This document shows, piece by piece, positions 50,022 through 60,454 of a DNA stretch of 64,000 bases; positions within the stretch are counted from its first letter, which is position 1; each line of letters begins with the position of its first letter. Both the position numbers and the translations under genes were made by a program. This DNA comes from an uncultured Alphaproteobacteria bacterium (GTDB taxonomy: Bacteria; Pseudomonadota; Alphaproteobacteria; HIMB59): the NCBI GenBank assembly GCA_902522155.1, contig CABYUJ010000006.1:6051-70050 (forward strand), given 5' to 3'. The notes beneath the pieces are model-generated. The model worked only from the letters and a program-made list of their open reading frames with translations. It searched no databases and was not told where the DNA came from.

Positions 50022-51335
50022 TTATAAAATAAACTTTTTTTCATCTGTGGGCTTTATCTCTGACTTGACAGCATCTGTAACCCAGGCTTTATTTACTACT
50101 TCAGTCTTTTGATCACTAAGGTTTGCATCAAAGCTAATTCTCTCAAGAATTTTTTCAAACATTGTTTGTAATCGTCGTGCACCAATATTTTCAACCTCAG
50201 TATTGATTTGTTCAGTAAGAGTTGCTATTTCTTCTAAAGCCTCATCTTCAAACTTTAATTCAATATTTTCTGTTGCAAATAGTGACTTATATTGTTTGGT
50301 TAAGCTATTATCAGTTTCTTTTAAAATTCTAATAAAATCATCTTTCTTCAGTGCATTTAATCTTACTCTTACAGGTAACCTTCCTTGAAGTTCTGGGAGT
50401 AAATCACTTGGTTTGGATTGATGAAAAGCACCTGACGCAATAAATAAAATATGATTTGTTTCAATTGTTCCATATTTTGTGCTTACAACTGTACCTTCAA
50501 TAAGTGGAAGTAAATCTCTTTGCACACCCTCTCTTGAAACATCCCCACCTCGTCTTTCACTATTGGGTGCAATTTTGTCAATTTCATCTATAAAAACTAT
50601 TCCACTTTCCTGGACACTTTTTATAGCATTTTGTACAACATTTTGTTTTTCAGCGATTTTCTCGATTTCTTCTTGAATAAGTGGCTCATAAGCTTCACCT
50701 ATTTTTAGTTTTGTTTTCTTTTTATTTTTTAAACCTTTACCAAATATATCATTCATATTAATCATTCCCATTTGAGCACCAGGCATTCCTGGTATGTCTA
50801 ATGATTGAAATGGATTGGATTTTTGATCTAATGCTATTTCTATCTCTTTATCATTAAGTTGATTATCTCTCAGCATTAACCGAAATTTTTCCTTAGTTTC
50901 TTCACTTGGATTGTCACCAAGCAGTGCCTTTAAAACAATTTCTTCTGCATTTGTTTTGGCTTCATCAATGAAACGATCTCTTATTTTTTTCTTTTCTAAA
51001 TTAATTGCAACTTCAATTAAATCCCTAATTATTTGTTCAACATCTCTTCCAACGTATCCAATTTCTGTAAATTTAGTTGCTTCTACTTTTATAAAAGGTG
51101 ACTGTGTAAGTTTAGCTAATTTTCTTGCAATCTCAGTTTTACCGCAACCTGTTGGTCCAATCATTAATATATTTTTTGGGATGATATCGTCTCTGAGAGT
51201 TTCATCTTTTACATTTAACCTCCTCCAACGATTTCTAAGGGCTATCGCGACTGCTTTTTTTGCATCATCTTGACCAATTACATATCGGTCAAGTTCTTCT
51301 TTAATAACTTTTGGTGTAAGGGATTGGCTATCCAT
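50022..51335 (-). CDS. hslU: ATP-dependent protease ATPase HslU
   Basis: GPTGCGKT, GYVG, VSREGVQRDLLP, NIGARRL. Confidence 0.97.
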   Translation of the reverse strand: MDSQSLTPKVIKEELDRYVIGQDDAKKAVAIALRNRWRRLNVKDETLRDDIIPKNILMIGPTGCGKTEIARKLAKLTQSPFIKVEATKFTEIGYVGRDVEQIIRDLIEVAINLEKKKIRDRFIDEAKTNAEEIVLKALLGDNPSEETKEKFRLMLRDNQLNDKEIEIALDQKSNPFQSLDIPGMPGAQMGMINMNDIFGKGLKNKKKTKLKIGEAYEPLIQEEIEKIAEKQNVVQNAIKSVQESGIVFIDEIDKIAPNSERRGGDVSREGVQRDLLPLIEGTVVSTKYGTIETNHILFIASGAFHQSKPSDLLPELQGRLPVRVRLNALKKDDFIRILKETDNSLTKQYKSLFATENIELKFEDEALEEIATLTEQINTEVENIGARRLQTMFEKILERISFDANLSDQKTEVVNKAWVTDAVKSEIKPTDEKKFIL

Positions 51336-51886
51336 TAAATTTTAATTTCTGAGATGTTTAGAGTATCATTTGTATAAATACAAAGCTCTGCTGCAACTTT
51401 AAGTGACTCTAATGCAATTTCTTTTGCAGATAAATTAGATTTCCTTTTTAGAGCTCTTGCTGCACTCAGAGCAAAGTTGCCACCTGATCCAATTGCAACA
51501 ATACCTTCTTGAGGTTCTAGAACATCACCAGTACCACTAATAAGATATGTTTCACTTTTATCAGCCGCAATAATCATTGACTCTAATCTTCTAAGATACC
51601 TGTCTGTTCTCCAATCTTTAGCCAATTCGACACAAGCCCTCTTTAGATTATATGAAAATTCTTCGCATTTTTTCTCCAGTCTATCAAAAAGAGTTAATGC
51701 ATCGGCGGTTGATCCAGCAAAACCAACTATAATTTGATCATTATGGAATGTTCTAATTTTATTAGCGTTTGACTTAATCACAGATGTACCCAAAGTTACT
51801 TGTCCGTCGGATGCTATAACAACACTCTCATTATCGCGAACGCAAACAACAGTTGTTGAGCGTATTATTGTTTTATTTTTATCCAT
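51335..51886 (-). CDS. hslV: Protease subunit HslV
   Basis: TT N-terminus, DGQVTLG, GFAGSTAD, GSGG. Confidence 0.97.
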   Translation of the reverse strand: MDKNKTIIRSTTVVCVRDNESVVIASDGQVTLGTSVIKSNANKIRTFHNDQIIVGFAGSTADALTLFDRLEKKCEEFSYNLKRACVELAKDWRTDRYLRRLESMIIAADKSETYLISGTGDVLEPQEGIVAIGSGGNFALSAARALKRKSNLSAKEIALESLKVAAELCIYTNDTLNISEIKI

Positions 51887-51924
51887 TATTCCTATAAATA
51901 TAGGTACTAAATAGCTGATTACAA

Positions 51925-52509
51925 ATGCGTGAATTTACATTTAATAGAGATACAAAAGAAACAAAAATATCAATAAAAATTAACCTTGATGGCTCTGGAG
52001 TAAATAAAATTGATACTGGGATTGCTTTTTTTGATCATATGCTTCAACAAATAAGTACCCACAGTTTGATAGATTTAGAGTTAAAGTGTGATGGTGACCT
52101 AAAAGTAGATATGCACCATACAGTTGAAGATGTTGGCATTGCCTTAGGTGAGAGTATTAAAAACGCACTTGGTGATAAAAAAGGCATAACAAGATTTGCA
52201 TACTCTTATGTTTCTTTTGATGAAACATTAACAAGATCAGTTATTGATTTGTGTAATCGCCCCTATTTTATTTGGAATGTAAAAACATCTTTAGAGAAAG
52301 TCGGCGAAATGGATCAAGAGTTATTTTCCGAATTTTTTAAATCTATAGTTACTGAGACAAGAATGAATTGCCATATCGAAACATTATATGGAAAAAATAA
52401 TCATCATATTATTGAAAGTTGTTTTAAATCATTTGCATTATCCCTGAAAAAAGCAATATCTATTGATCCAAGAAAAACAAATATTCCAAGTTCTAAAGGG
52501 AAACTTTGA
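51925..52509 (+). CDS. hisB: Imidazoleglycerol-phosphate dehydratase
   Basis: DMHHTVED, NNHHIIE. Confidence 0.96.
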   Translation: MREFTFNRDTKETKISIKINLDGSGVNKIDTGIAFFDHMLQQISTHSLIDLELKCDGDLKVDMHHTVEDVGIALGESIKNALGDKKGITRFAYSYVSFDETLTRSVIDLCNRPYFIWNVKTSLEKVGEMDQELFSEFFKSIVTETRMNCHIETLYGKNNHHIIESCFKSFALSLKKAISIDPRKTNIPSSKGKL

Positions 52510-53135
52510 AAAAAAAAGTCATAGGACTTATTGACGGGCAATCTGGAAATATTGGATCGATCAATAAAGCAATCAAAGATATTATTAAAGGAAGACCATA
52601 TCAATTAAAAATTATTAAAAGTCATTTCAATTATACTTCGTTTGATAAAATCATTTTGCCCGGACAAGGTGCTTATGCCACTCTTATGTCAAATTTGAAA
52701 AAATTAAAAATTATTCAACCATTAAAAAAATACTTAGAAAATAACTCTTCATATTTGGGTATTTGCGTTGGGATGCAAATTTTATCTGATCGGGGTTATG
52801 AAGAAAAAATCACAAGAGGCTTAGGGATTATTAGCGGAGATATTAAAAAATTTAGAAATAAAAAACTTATAATTCCTCATATGGGCTGGAATACTATTAA
52901 CTTAAACAAAGATGACACTATTATTACAAATAGTTTTGACAAGAAGGATTTTTATTTTGTTCATAGTTACATTTTCCAAAATATTAAAAAATCAGATGTT
53001 TTAGCTTTCACTCTTTATGGTCAAAAATTCCCTTCTATTGTAAAGAAAGGCAATATTTACGGAGTGCAATTTCATCCTGAAAAGAGCCACAAACACGGAC
53101 TAAATTTGATAAAAAATTATATTTTGAAATCATGA
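52506..53135 (+). CDS. hisH: Imidazole glycerol phosphate synthase glutaminase subunit
   Basis: GICVGMQ, PHMGWN, QFHPEKS. Confidence 0.95.
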   Translation: MKKKVIGLIDGQSGNIGSINKAIKDIIKGRPYQLKIIKSHFNYTSFDKIILPGQGAYATLMSNLKKLKIIQPLKKYLENNSSYLGICVGMQILSDRGYEEKITRGLGIISGDIKKFRNKKLIIPHMGWNTINLNKDDTIITNSFDKKDFYFVHSYIFQNIKKSDVLAFTLYGQKFPSIVKKGNIYGVQFHPEKSHKHGLNLIKNYILKS

Positions 53136-53842
53136 ATATATTCCCAGCAATTGATATAATAGATGGAAAATGTGTGAGATTAACAAAAGGTATCGCCGAT
53201 GATAAAACAATCTATAAGTATTCTCCTCTGGATATGGCTAAAACATATCAAGATGCAGGTTTTAATACCATCCACGTTGTCGACTTAGATGCTACTTTAG
53301 GTAAAGGTAATAACAATCAGGTTCTGAGCCAGATTAGAAGAAAAATTGATATTAATATTGAAGTTGCTGGCGGTATAAGAAGTAAAGATGCTATTATTAA
53401 TAAAATTAATGAAGGGTTCAATACCATTGTAATTGGAACCTTTGCAATAAAGAATATTGATGACGTTTTAAATTTTGACGACTCTTTAATTGAAAAACTA
53501 TCCATTGCTTTGGATATAAAAGATAATCAAATTGCTTCTCATGGCTGGCAAGAAACAACCAATCAATCCTTAAAGCATATTATAGATAAATATAACAACA
53601 GACCCATTCATTCCTACTTTGTTACAGATGTTGCTAATGATGGAATGCTGTCTGGCTTAAATATGGAAACGTTTAATTCTATAAAAAAATTAACTGACAA
53701 GCATATTACTATAGGTGGAGGTGTAAAGGACCTTAACGATATTGAATTGAGTAGATCAAACGGGTTCAATAATGTTGTTGTAGGTAAAGCCATATACGAA
53801 AATAAAATATCTATAAATAGTTTGGTCCAGTTTAATGCTTAA
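53132..53842 (+). CDS. hisA: ProFAR isomerase
   Basis: PAIDI.DGKCVRL, HVVDLD, DGMLSG. Confidence 0.94.
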   Translation: MNIFPAIDIIDGKCVRLTKGIADDKTIYKYSPLDMAKTYQDAGFNTIHVVDLDATLGKGNNNQVLSQIRRKIDINIEVAGGIRSKDAIINKINEGFNTIVIGTFAIKNIDDVLNFDDSLIEKLSIALDIKDNQIASHGWQETTNQSLKHIIDKYNNRPIHSYFVTDVANDGMLSGLNMETFNSIKKLTDKHITIGGGVKDLNDIELSRSNGFNNVVVGKAIYENKISINSLVQFNA

Positions 53843-54587
53843 GACAAGAATAATTCCATGCCTTGATGTTATTAAAAATAAAGTTGTTAAGGGTGTTAAT
53901 TTTAAAAACATAAGAGTAATGGGTAACGCAGTTGAAATGGCAAAATATTACTCTTTATCAGGGGCTGATGAGCTTTGTATGCTTGATATAAATGCATCAT
54001 ATCAAAATAGAAAAACATTTATTAAAACTGTTGAATCAATAGCTAAGGTTATAAACATCCCTTTAACTGTAGGTGGAGGAGTTTCAGACTTGAGCGATAT
54101 AACTGATTTGCTTAATGCTGGAGCAGATAAAGTATCAATTAATTCCGCAGCAGTAAAAAATCCAAAATTAATAAGACAAGCCTCATTGAGACACGGCTCT
54201 CAATGCATAGTCGTAGCAATTGATGGAAAAAGGCATAAAAATAAAATGAAAGTTGTTGTCAAAGGTGGAAGAGAAATTACCAAAAATGAACTTATAACTT
54301 GGGCAAAACAAGTACAATCTCTGGGTGCCGGAGAAATATTAATGACCTCAATGGATACAGACGGTGTTCAAAATGGCTTCGACAGCAATATGCTTAAAAA
54401 AGTAACCAGTAATGTAGGTATTCCTGTAATTGCTAGTGGCGGTGTTGGAAGTCTGGAACATTTTTATTTAGGTCACTTAACTAAATCCACTGGTTTGTTA
54501 GCTGCGAGCGTATTTCACTCTAGAAAATATAAAATTAAAACTGTAAAAAAATATCTTAGTAGTAAGGGTGTCCCTGTTAGATTATGA
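53835..54587 (+). CDS. hisF: Imidazole glycerol phosphate synthase cyclase subunit
   Basis: RIIPCLDV, GADKVSINS, PVIASGG. Confidence 0.96.
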   Translation: MLKTRIIPCLDVIKNKVVKGVNFKNIRVMGNAVEMAKYYSLSGADELCMLDINASYQNRKTFIKTVESIAKVINIPLTVGGGVSDLSDITDLLNAGADKVSINSAAVKNPKLIRQASLRHGSQCIVVAIDGKRHKNKMKVVVKGGREITKNELITWAKQVQSLGAGEILMTSMDTDGVQNGFDSNMLKKVTSNVGIPVIASGGVGSLEHFYLGHLTKSTGLLAASVFHSRKYKIKTVKKYLSSKGVPVRL

Positions 54588-54919
54588 GATATGATAAAGA
54601 AAATATTTTTGCAAAGATCTTAAAAGGTGAAATTCCTTGTGATAAAGTTTTTGAAAATGAGCATGTGCTTTCATTCAAAGATATTAGCCCAAAAGCAAAA
54701 ACACATATTTTAATAATACCGAAGAAACCTCTACTTGATATTTCTGATTTTTTACAAAACGCAGACAGCTTATATCAAATCAATTTTTGGAAATCCGTAG
54801 ATGAAATTATAGATATTTTAGATCTAAAAGATAAAGGTTTTCAAATTAAAACACATAAAGGCAAAGATGGTGGTCAAGAGGTGTTTCATTTTCATCTGCA
54901 TTTATTGGCAGACATTTAG
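54584..54919 (+). CDS. HIT family hydrolase
   Basis: NIFAKIL.GEIP, GQEVFHFHLH. Confidence 0.93.
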   Translation: MRYDKENIFAKILKGEIPCDKVFENEHVLSFKDISPKAKTHILIIPKKPLLDISDFLQNADSLYQINFWKSVDEIIDILDLKDKGFQIKTHKGKDGGQEVFHFHLHLLADI

Positions 54920-54920
54920 G

Positions 54921-55484
54921 CTATCTAGCTTGAATGTAATTTATTATATCTAAGACACCTTTTATGTTTTTAGCGTGTTCAATTACCATATCTATTTCTT
55001 TTTGATCACTAGAAACACCAAACAGATAAACAATTTGTTTTTGTACTTCAAAGTCATACTTAAACTTCTTTATATTTGAGTCTGTGAAAATTTTTGTAAA
55101 AAGCTGTGTGCTTATAAATTTATCTTTTGCTATATCATCAAGCCCATATCCGGTATCAATTGATACTTCATTTAGCACTTCATTTACACCATCTTGTTGC
55201 CAAGCTAGCCTCACTGCCTCTAAGCGCATGTCACCGTAGGGAACTACGCCTGTTAAAAGAACTTTACCCAATTCAACTTCAACATCAATCCTTGTAAATA
55301 AAGTTGCATCGTAAGAGAAATATTTTTCTTTTATACCAAGCTTAATAGTGGCATCATCCCAACTTTCACTAAATGTTTTTTCATCCTCGTTTTCCTTAAT
55401 GACAGTTTTTGCGCCTGTAGATACAAGTGACGGACCACAGCCAATAAAAAATACTGACAATAGAATTATAAAATGCTTAGTCAT
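54921..55484 (-). CDS. BON-domain lipoprotein (DolP/YraP-like)
   Basis: Lipobox FIGC; two BON domains. Confidence 0.88.
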   Translation of the reverse strand: MTKHFIILLSVFFIGCGPSLVSTGAKTVIKENEDEKTFSESWDDATIKLGIKEKYFSYDATLFTRIDVEVELGKVLLTGVVPYGDMRLEAVRLAWQQDGVNEVLNEVSIDTGYGLDDIAKDKFISTQLFTKIFTDSNIKKFKYDFEVQKQIVYLFGVSSDQKEIDMVIEHAKNIKGVLDIINYIQAR

Positions 55485-56295
55485 GCTTTAAATCAATTGA
55501 TAATTTATAAAAATTATTCCTTGATATTTTATACTTACTTTTAAGCTGTTGATAAGCCTTTTTTACACCTACCTCGTTAATTACCCTCTTTATCTCTTTA
55601 AAATCGAAGTCATCAATCTTATCAGCCTCTTTTTCAATGCTCACAGCTAAAACTAACTCACCTTTAATTTCAGAGTAATTGAAATTTTCGTAATTTTTGT
55701 AGTCTATATATATTCTTTCTTCATATAATTTTGTCAGTTCCTTAAGTATTACAATTTCAAATGTTTCAGAAATAGTGGCAACAGCATAAACGTCCTTGCG
55801 TAATTGTTGTTTAGTTGAGTAAATAATTAAATTATTAACTTTATTCTCTAAAAGTGTTTTTTCTTTATGATCTTTTTTTTTGGGAAGAAAACCAACAAAG
55901 GTAAATTTTTTTTTATTTAAAAAACCACTTAGTTGAATACCTGAGATTAAGGCACTAGCACCAGGTATAGAATATACATTTACCTGATTTTTAAACAAAA
56001 AATTTATCAATTGGTTTCCAGGATCCGATATAAGTGGAGAACCAGAGTCTGATATCAATGATATCACTTGATTAGATTTTAATAATTTATATATGTAATC
56101 TTTCTTTTTGTTAAAGTCGTGATCAGTGTATTTAGATAATGATGTTTTTATATCGTATCTTTTCAAAAGCTTTTTACTATTTGCGGTGTTCTCACATAAA
56201 ATTAAATTAGAATTTTTTAAAACATTTATAGCTCTTAATGTGATATCATCTAAATTTCCTATGGGAGTTGAAACTAAATAGAGACCCGGGTTCAT
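55477..56295 (-). CDS. rsmI: 16S rRNA 2'-O-methyltransferase RsmI (likely start 56295)
   Basis: LYLVSTPIGNLDDIT.RA, SDSGSPLISDPG, KELTKLYE. Confidence 0.93.
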   Translation of the reverse strand: MNPGLYLVSTPIGNLDDITLRAINVLKNSNLILCENTANSKKLLKRYDIKTSLSKYTDHDFNKKKDYIYKLLKSNQVISLISDSGSPLISDPGNQLINFLFKNQVNVYSIPGASALISGIQLSGFLNKKKFTFVGFLPKKKDHKEKTLLENKVNNLIIYSTKQQLRKDVYAVATISETFEIVILKELTKLYEERIYIDYKNYENFNYSEIKGELVLAVSIEKEADKIDDFDFKEIKRVINEVGVKKAYQQLKSKYKISRNNFYKLSIDLKHD

Positions 56296-56296
56296 T

Positions 56297-57373
56297 ATGA
56301 GTTTATTTAAAAATATAATTATATTACTCACATTAATATCATTTTTTAGTTGTGCCCCAACAACAATCGAGAAAAAAAAGCCGATTGAAAAAGCACCAGA
56401 AAAAGTTGAAGAAATAGAAATTGTTGAAGAGAAAGAGGTGGAAATAGAGAAAGTTGAGACAATAAAGAAGCTATCAAAACCCGGAGATAAAATAATTGAT
56501 TTTAATAATATCGATAAAATAATTGTTTTTTTATCAGAGGATGAAATTTTAACATCCTTGTTTTATGATGTTTTTATAAAAGAAATCGATAACTTTCCTG
56601 ATATCAAAAAAATAGAATTTATCTATTCAATTGATGAAATACAAAAACCAATTAACAATTCTCTCATTATAGGTCCCACCAATTCAAAAGATTTGTTCGA
56701 CTTGCCAAATAAACTTGGTGAAAATACATTCACGATTTCTTTATCAAATGACTTCTCTGTAATGAATAAGTATGCAGATAATGAAATAGTTTTCGTATTT
56801 AGCAGCCCCTACCAACACGTTGAAATACTTGGGGATTATATTAATTCATCAAATTCACTAGGTGTACTATACAAACAAAACGAATATGGATTAAAATTAT
56901 TTGAATATTTTAAAGATACCTACCCATTAAAATATATTAAATCATCTCCATTTGGAGACAGCGCAGTAGATTTGGAATTATCAGTTAAGTTGATGGGAGA
57001 CTTAAATACATATGACAACATAATTATTTTTGATGATACTTTTAGCTATAAAGATTTAGTTGGTTATTTAGCAACAGAGGACGGAACTTATCCTCTTGAG
57101 AGAACATTCCTAATTGACAATTTTTTAGAGCAAAGAAAGAGTTTAGAAAATTATTATAAGCCTATTAATCGGACTTTCTTGCAAAATATCGATTTGACTA
57201 TCATGGATGAACCGCATCGGGAGTTCTTTTTCAGGATCTCAGTAAAGATATCACTTACTATTGCTAATCAAATTCTAAAAAACAATTTTTTACCAAGTGC
57301 TATTGATTATGAGGATTTTGGAAGATTGCCGTTAGAGAATATGATGATTAATTATCCTGTAATATTTGATTAG
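56297..57373 (+). CDS. Lipoprotein, LpoA/PBP-activator-like by synteny
   Basis: Lipobox FFSC; IIGP and YG motifs of the periplasmic-binding fold; divergent from rsmI. Confidence 0.55.
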   Translation: MSLFKNIIILLTLISFFSCAPTTIEKKKPIEKAPEKVEEIEIVEEKEVEIEKVETIKKLSKPGDKIIDFNNIDKIIVFLSEDEILTSLFYDVFIKEIDNFPDIKKIEFIYSIDEIQKPINNSLIIGPTNSKDLFDLPNKLGENTFTISLSNDFSVMNKYADNEIVFVFSSPYQHVEILGDYINSSNSLGVLYKQNEYGLKLFEYFKDTYPLKYIKSSPFGDSAVDLELSVKLMGDLNTYDNIIIFDDTFSYKDLVGYLATEDGTYPLERTFLIDNFLEQRKSLENYYKPINRTFLQNIDLTIMDEPHREFFFRISVKISLTIANQILKNNFLPSAIDYEDFGRLPLENMMINYPVIFD

Positions 57374-57947
57374 ATAATTTTTTAAAAGCTTCATACCTGT
57401 GAGAGTTTAATAATTTTTTCTTCTCATTCATTTCAGCAAATGTCTTATTGTTGTCTGTAGGAATAAAATATGGATCATAACCAAAACCACCATTTCCTCT
57501 TCTATATTTTATTATAAAACCTGGTATGGACCCTGATACCATATATCTTTGGTTTTTTCCTAAAACGCAAATAGAACAAAAAAAAGTCGCATCAATATAA
57601 CTTAAGTTCTCAAATTTGCTAAAAATAAAATCTATAACCTTTTGCTCTCCACCTAATTTTTTTGCCTCTCTTGCTGTTTTTATTCCTGGATAGTTATTTA
57701 ATTTATTTACAACAAATCCACTATCATCACATAGTACGATTGTATTTGTTTTATCTAAAAAATATTTTGATTTAATTTCACAATTTTCTTCAAAAGTTTT
57801 ACCATTTTCAGTTGGTTCACCAATATTGTTAAATTTATTTAGATTTAAAACTTCATATTCACTAAATAGATTGAAGTGCTTTATATAAAAAATAAATTCT
57901 TTTAATTTTCCAGCATTATTAGTGCCAAGTAATAAATTATTTTTCAA
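57348..57947 (-). CDS. rdgB: Non-canonical purine NTP pyrophosphatase RdgB (likely start TTG 57947)
   Basis: TNNAGK, DDSG, GFGYDP, SHR. Confidence 0.93.
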   Translation of the reverse strand: MKNNLLLGTNNAGKLKEFIFYIKHFNLFSEYEVLNLNKFNNIGEPTENGKTFEENCEIKSKYFLDKTNTIVLCDDSGFVVNKLNNYPGIKTAREAKKLGGEQKVIDFIFSKFENLSYIDATFFCSICVLGKNQRYMVSGSIPGFIIKYRRGNGGFGYDPYFIPTDNNKTFAEMNEKKKLLNSHRYEAFKKLSNQILQDN

Positions 57948-58662
57948 TTGCCAAGTTTTGAATATTGAAAATTTCTGGCATCGATCCCTCAACTAGTTCT
58001 ATAAAACTCATAATAGTTTTCTTGCTAAATTTAGCCTCTTCACCAGTAGATTGAAACTCAATAAATTGACCATCATTTGCCATTACCACATTGCAATCTA
58101 CCTCAGCACTCGAGTCTTCAATGTAATTTAAATCTATGCATGATGTTCCTTTAACAACACCAACCGATATTGCTGCAACTTGATTTACTATAATTGCCTT
58201 TGATAAATTAAATTTATTTTTGAACTCATTAATTGTTCGAACAAGACTAACATATCCGCCAATGATAGATGCTGTCCTTGTTCCTCCATCAGCACTAATC
58301 ACATCACAATCAATCTTGATTGTTTTTTCGCCAAGTATATCTAAATTAACAGCACACCTTAAACTTCTTCCAATAAGTCTCTGAATTTCTTGTGTTCTTC
58401 CAGACTGCCTACCTTTGGCTGCCTCTCTGTCCATTCTTTCAGATGTAGAAGAAGGTAACATACCATATTCTGCAGTTAACCAACCTCTCCCAGAATTTCT
58501 TAAAAATCCAGGAACTCTATCTTCAATAATAGCTGAGCAACAGACATGAGTATTTCCTAACTTAACTAAACATGATGATTGATTATTTGGTTGAAAGCCT
58601 GGAATTATTTCTAAATTTCTAATTTTAGAGAGCTCTCTATCATTTCTTGTATATCCAGACAT
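57937..58662 (-). CDS. rph: Ribonuclease PH
   Basis: WLTAEYGMLP, EIQRLIGR, ADGGTRTA. Confidence 0.96.
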   Translation of the reverse strand: MSGYTRNDRELSKIRNLEIIPGFQPNNQSSCLVKLGNTHVCCSAIIEDRVPGFLRNSGRGWLTAEYGMLPSSTSERMDREAAKGRQSGRTQEIQRLIGRSLRCAVNLDILGEKTIKIDCDVISADGGTRTASIIGGYVSLVRTINEFKNKFNLSKAIIVNQVAAISVGVVKGTSCIDLNYIEDSSAEVDCNVVMANDGQFIEFQSTGEEAKFSKKTIMSFIELVEGSMPEIFNIQNLAIEK

Positions 58663-58703
58663 TTATGTTTTATTATTTTAAATTATAAGATTAATTAAGA
58701 TTA

Positions 58704-59726
58704 ATGAATAAAAAAATTACAGATATTGGTGCACGATCAAAGCTTATATTCAAGTCACTTGTCGAAAGTTACTTGAAAACAGGTGAGCCTATGGGCTCCA
58801 AAGCACTTAGTTCAAAAATTTCTTATAAACTTTCACCAGCAACAATAAGAAATGTTTTAAACGAAATAAATTTTCACGGACTTATACAAAAAGGACATTT
58901 CTCTGCAGGCAGTATACCAACTGATTTAGGTTTACAATTTTATACTCATGCACTTTTAGAGCCAGGATCAATTAGTAAAAGTGAAAAAGAGATTATTGAG
59001 AAGTCATCTAAAATGAATAATCTTTTAAATGAACAAGAAATAATTACTAACACTTTAAATGGCCTATCGAAACAAGCTAGTCTTGTTATTAATAACGAAA
59101 AAATAGCAAAAATTAGAAAAATTGACTTTCACAAAATCGATAATCATAAATTAATCTTCATTATCGAGCACGAAGATGGGTATACATCAAATAGAATAGT
59201 AGAAATTGATGAAAATATTCAAACAGAAGATTTAAATAGTATTGGCAACTTTATAAATAAGTTTTCAAAATCTATGTCACCTACAGAAATTCAAAATAAT
59301 ATAAAAATTTTTATAAAATCAGCAAGAAATCAAATAACCAACACCTCAAAAAAACTATTGCTGAAAGGAATAAAAATTGAAAAGTCTCAAAATACAGAAA
59401 CTTTTTTTGTTAGAGGCCTGCCAAATTTAATTAAGAATAATTTAGAAACAGATTTAGACAGCATAAATGAGCTTTTGAGTGACATTGAAACAGGTAAAAT
59501 GGCAAACAAAATGATTAAGGCCTTGAAAAAATCAAAAGGAGTGCAAATATTTATTGGAAGTAATACAAATTTTTTTAAAAATACAAATTTATCTATGATT
59601 TTATCAAATTATAAAACTAAAAATGGACTCACTGGTGCTATTGGTGTAATAGGTCCGAAAAGAATTGATTATCAGCGAATTGTTCCTATTGTGAGTTATA
59701 TGTCTGAAACAATATCAAAAAAATAA
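58704..59726 (+). CDS. hrcA: Heat-inducible repressor HrcA
   Basis: YLKTGEPMGS, SPATIRN, GVIGPKRIDY. Confidence 0.93.
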   Translation: MNKKITDIGARSKLIFKSLVESYLKTGEPMGSKALSSKISYKLSPATIRNVLNEINFHGLIQKGHFSAGSIPTDLGLQFYTHALLEPGSISKSEKEIIEKSSKMNNLLNEQEIITNTLNGLSKQASLVINNEKIAKIRKIDFHKIDNHKLIFIIEHEDGYTSNRIVEIDENIQTEDLNSIGNFINKFSKSMSPTEIQNNIKIFIKSARNQITNTSKKLLLKGIKIEKSQNTETFFVRGLPNLIKNNLETDLDSINELLSDIETGKMANKMIKALKKSKGVQIFIGSNTNFFKNTNLSMILSNYKTKNGLTGAIGVIGPKRIDYQRIVPIVSYMSETISKK

Positions 59727-59736
59727 AGGAATTATT

Positions 59737-60363
59737 ATGGAAGAAGATAAGAAATACGAAGATCAAGCCCAACACCAAGAAGAAGATGTTAAAGAAAATC
59801 AAGAAACCAATGAGACTGATGTAGATGAAAATTCAGACACAAATGATGATGAAATCCAAAAACTCAAAGAGGAAATTGAGAGTTTAAAAGATCAAAGGTT
59901 AAGAGCTGTTGCTGAACTAGAAAACTTTAGAAAAAGGGCAGAAAAAGATCAATCAGATGCACTTAAATATGGTATAGCTAATTTTGCAAAAGAAATAATT
60001 AATATCGGTGACAATATAGAGAGAGCAAAATCAAGTATTTCTGAAGAAGTGAGATCTAATGAAAGCATAAAGTCTGTTGTTGATGGTTTAGATCTAATTG
60101 CACAATCCACTATGGCCACTTTTGAAAAAATTGGCATCAAAAAAATTGAAAGTATAAACGAAAAATTTGACCATAATTTACACCAAGCCATGATGGAAAT
60201 TGAAAAAAATGACTGCGAGCCAGGAACTATTGTTCAAGAACTAATACCAGGCTACACATTGCATGATAGATTACTAAGACCAGCAATGGTAGGGGTATCA
60301 AAAAAATCTCAAGAAAATCAAGACGATAAAGCCATCAAAGAAGAAGAGAAATCCGAAAAGTAA
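59737..60363 (+). CDS. grpE: Nucleotide exchange factor GrpE
   Basis: AELENFRKR, FDHNLHQA, GY..HDRLLRPAMV. Confidence 0.96.
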   Translation: MEEDKKYEDQAQHQEEDVKENQETNETDVDENSDTNDDEIQKLKEEIESLKDQRLRAVAELENFRKRAEKDQSDALKYGIANFAKEIINIGDNIERAKSSISEEVRSNESIKSVVDGLDLIAQSTMATFEKIGIKKIESINEKFDHNLHQAMMEIEKNDCEPGTIVQELIPGYTLHDRLLRPAMVGVSKKSQENQDDKAIKEEEKSEK

Positions 60364-60386
60364 GAAAATTCAATAGTTTTAATGCT

Positions 60387-60414
60387 CTTGAATTAAGTAA
60401 GTATCAACCCATAT
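60387..60414 (+). promoter_or_regulatory. RpoH (sigma-32) promoter of dnaK
   Basis: CTTGAA-N15-CCCATAT. Confidence 0.7.
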
Positions 60415-60454
60415 AAATATAAGATTATTTAATTTTTAAAGTAGGAAAAACAAA

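Noticed and set aside
51898-51925. Sigma-32 promoter for hslVU (minus strand, TTGTAA-N14-CCTATAT)
   Set aside because: Plausible, but the -35 match is too weak to list as a feature
58663-60454. CIRCE element near hrcA/grpE/dnaK
   Set aside because: TTAGCACTC-N9-GAGTGCTAA was not seen; only a sigma-32-type promoter is present
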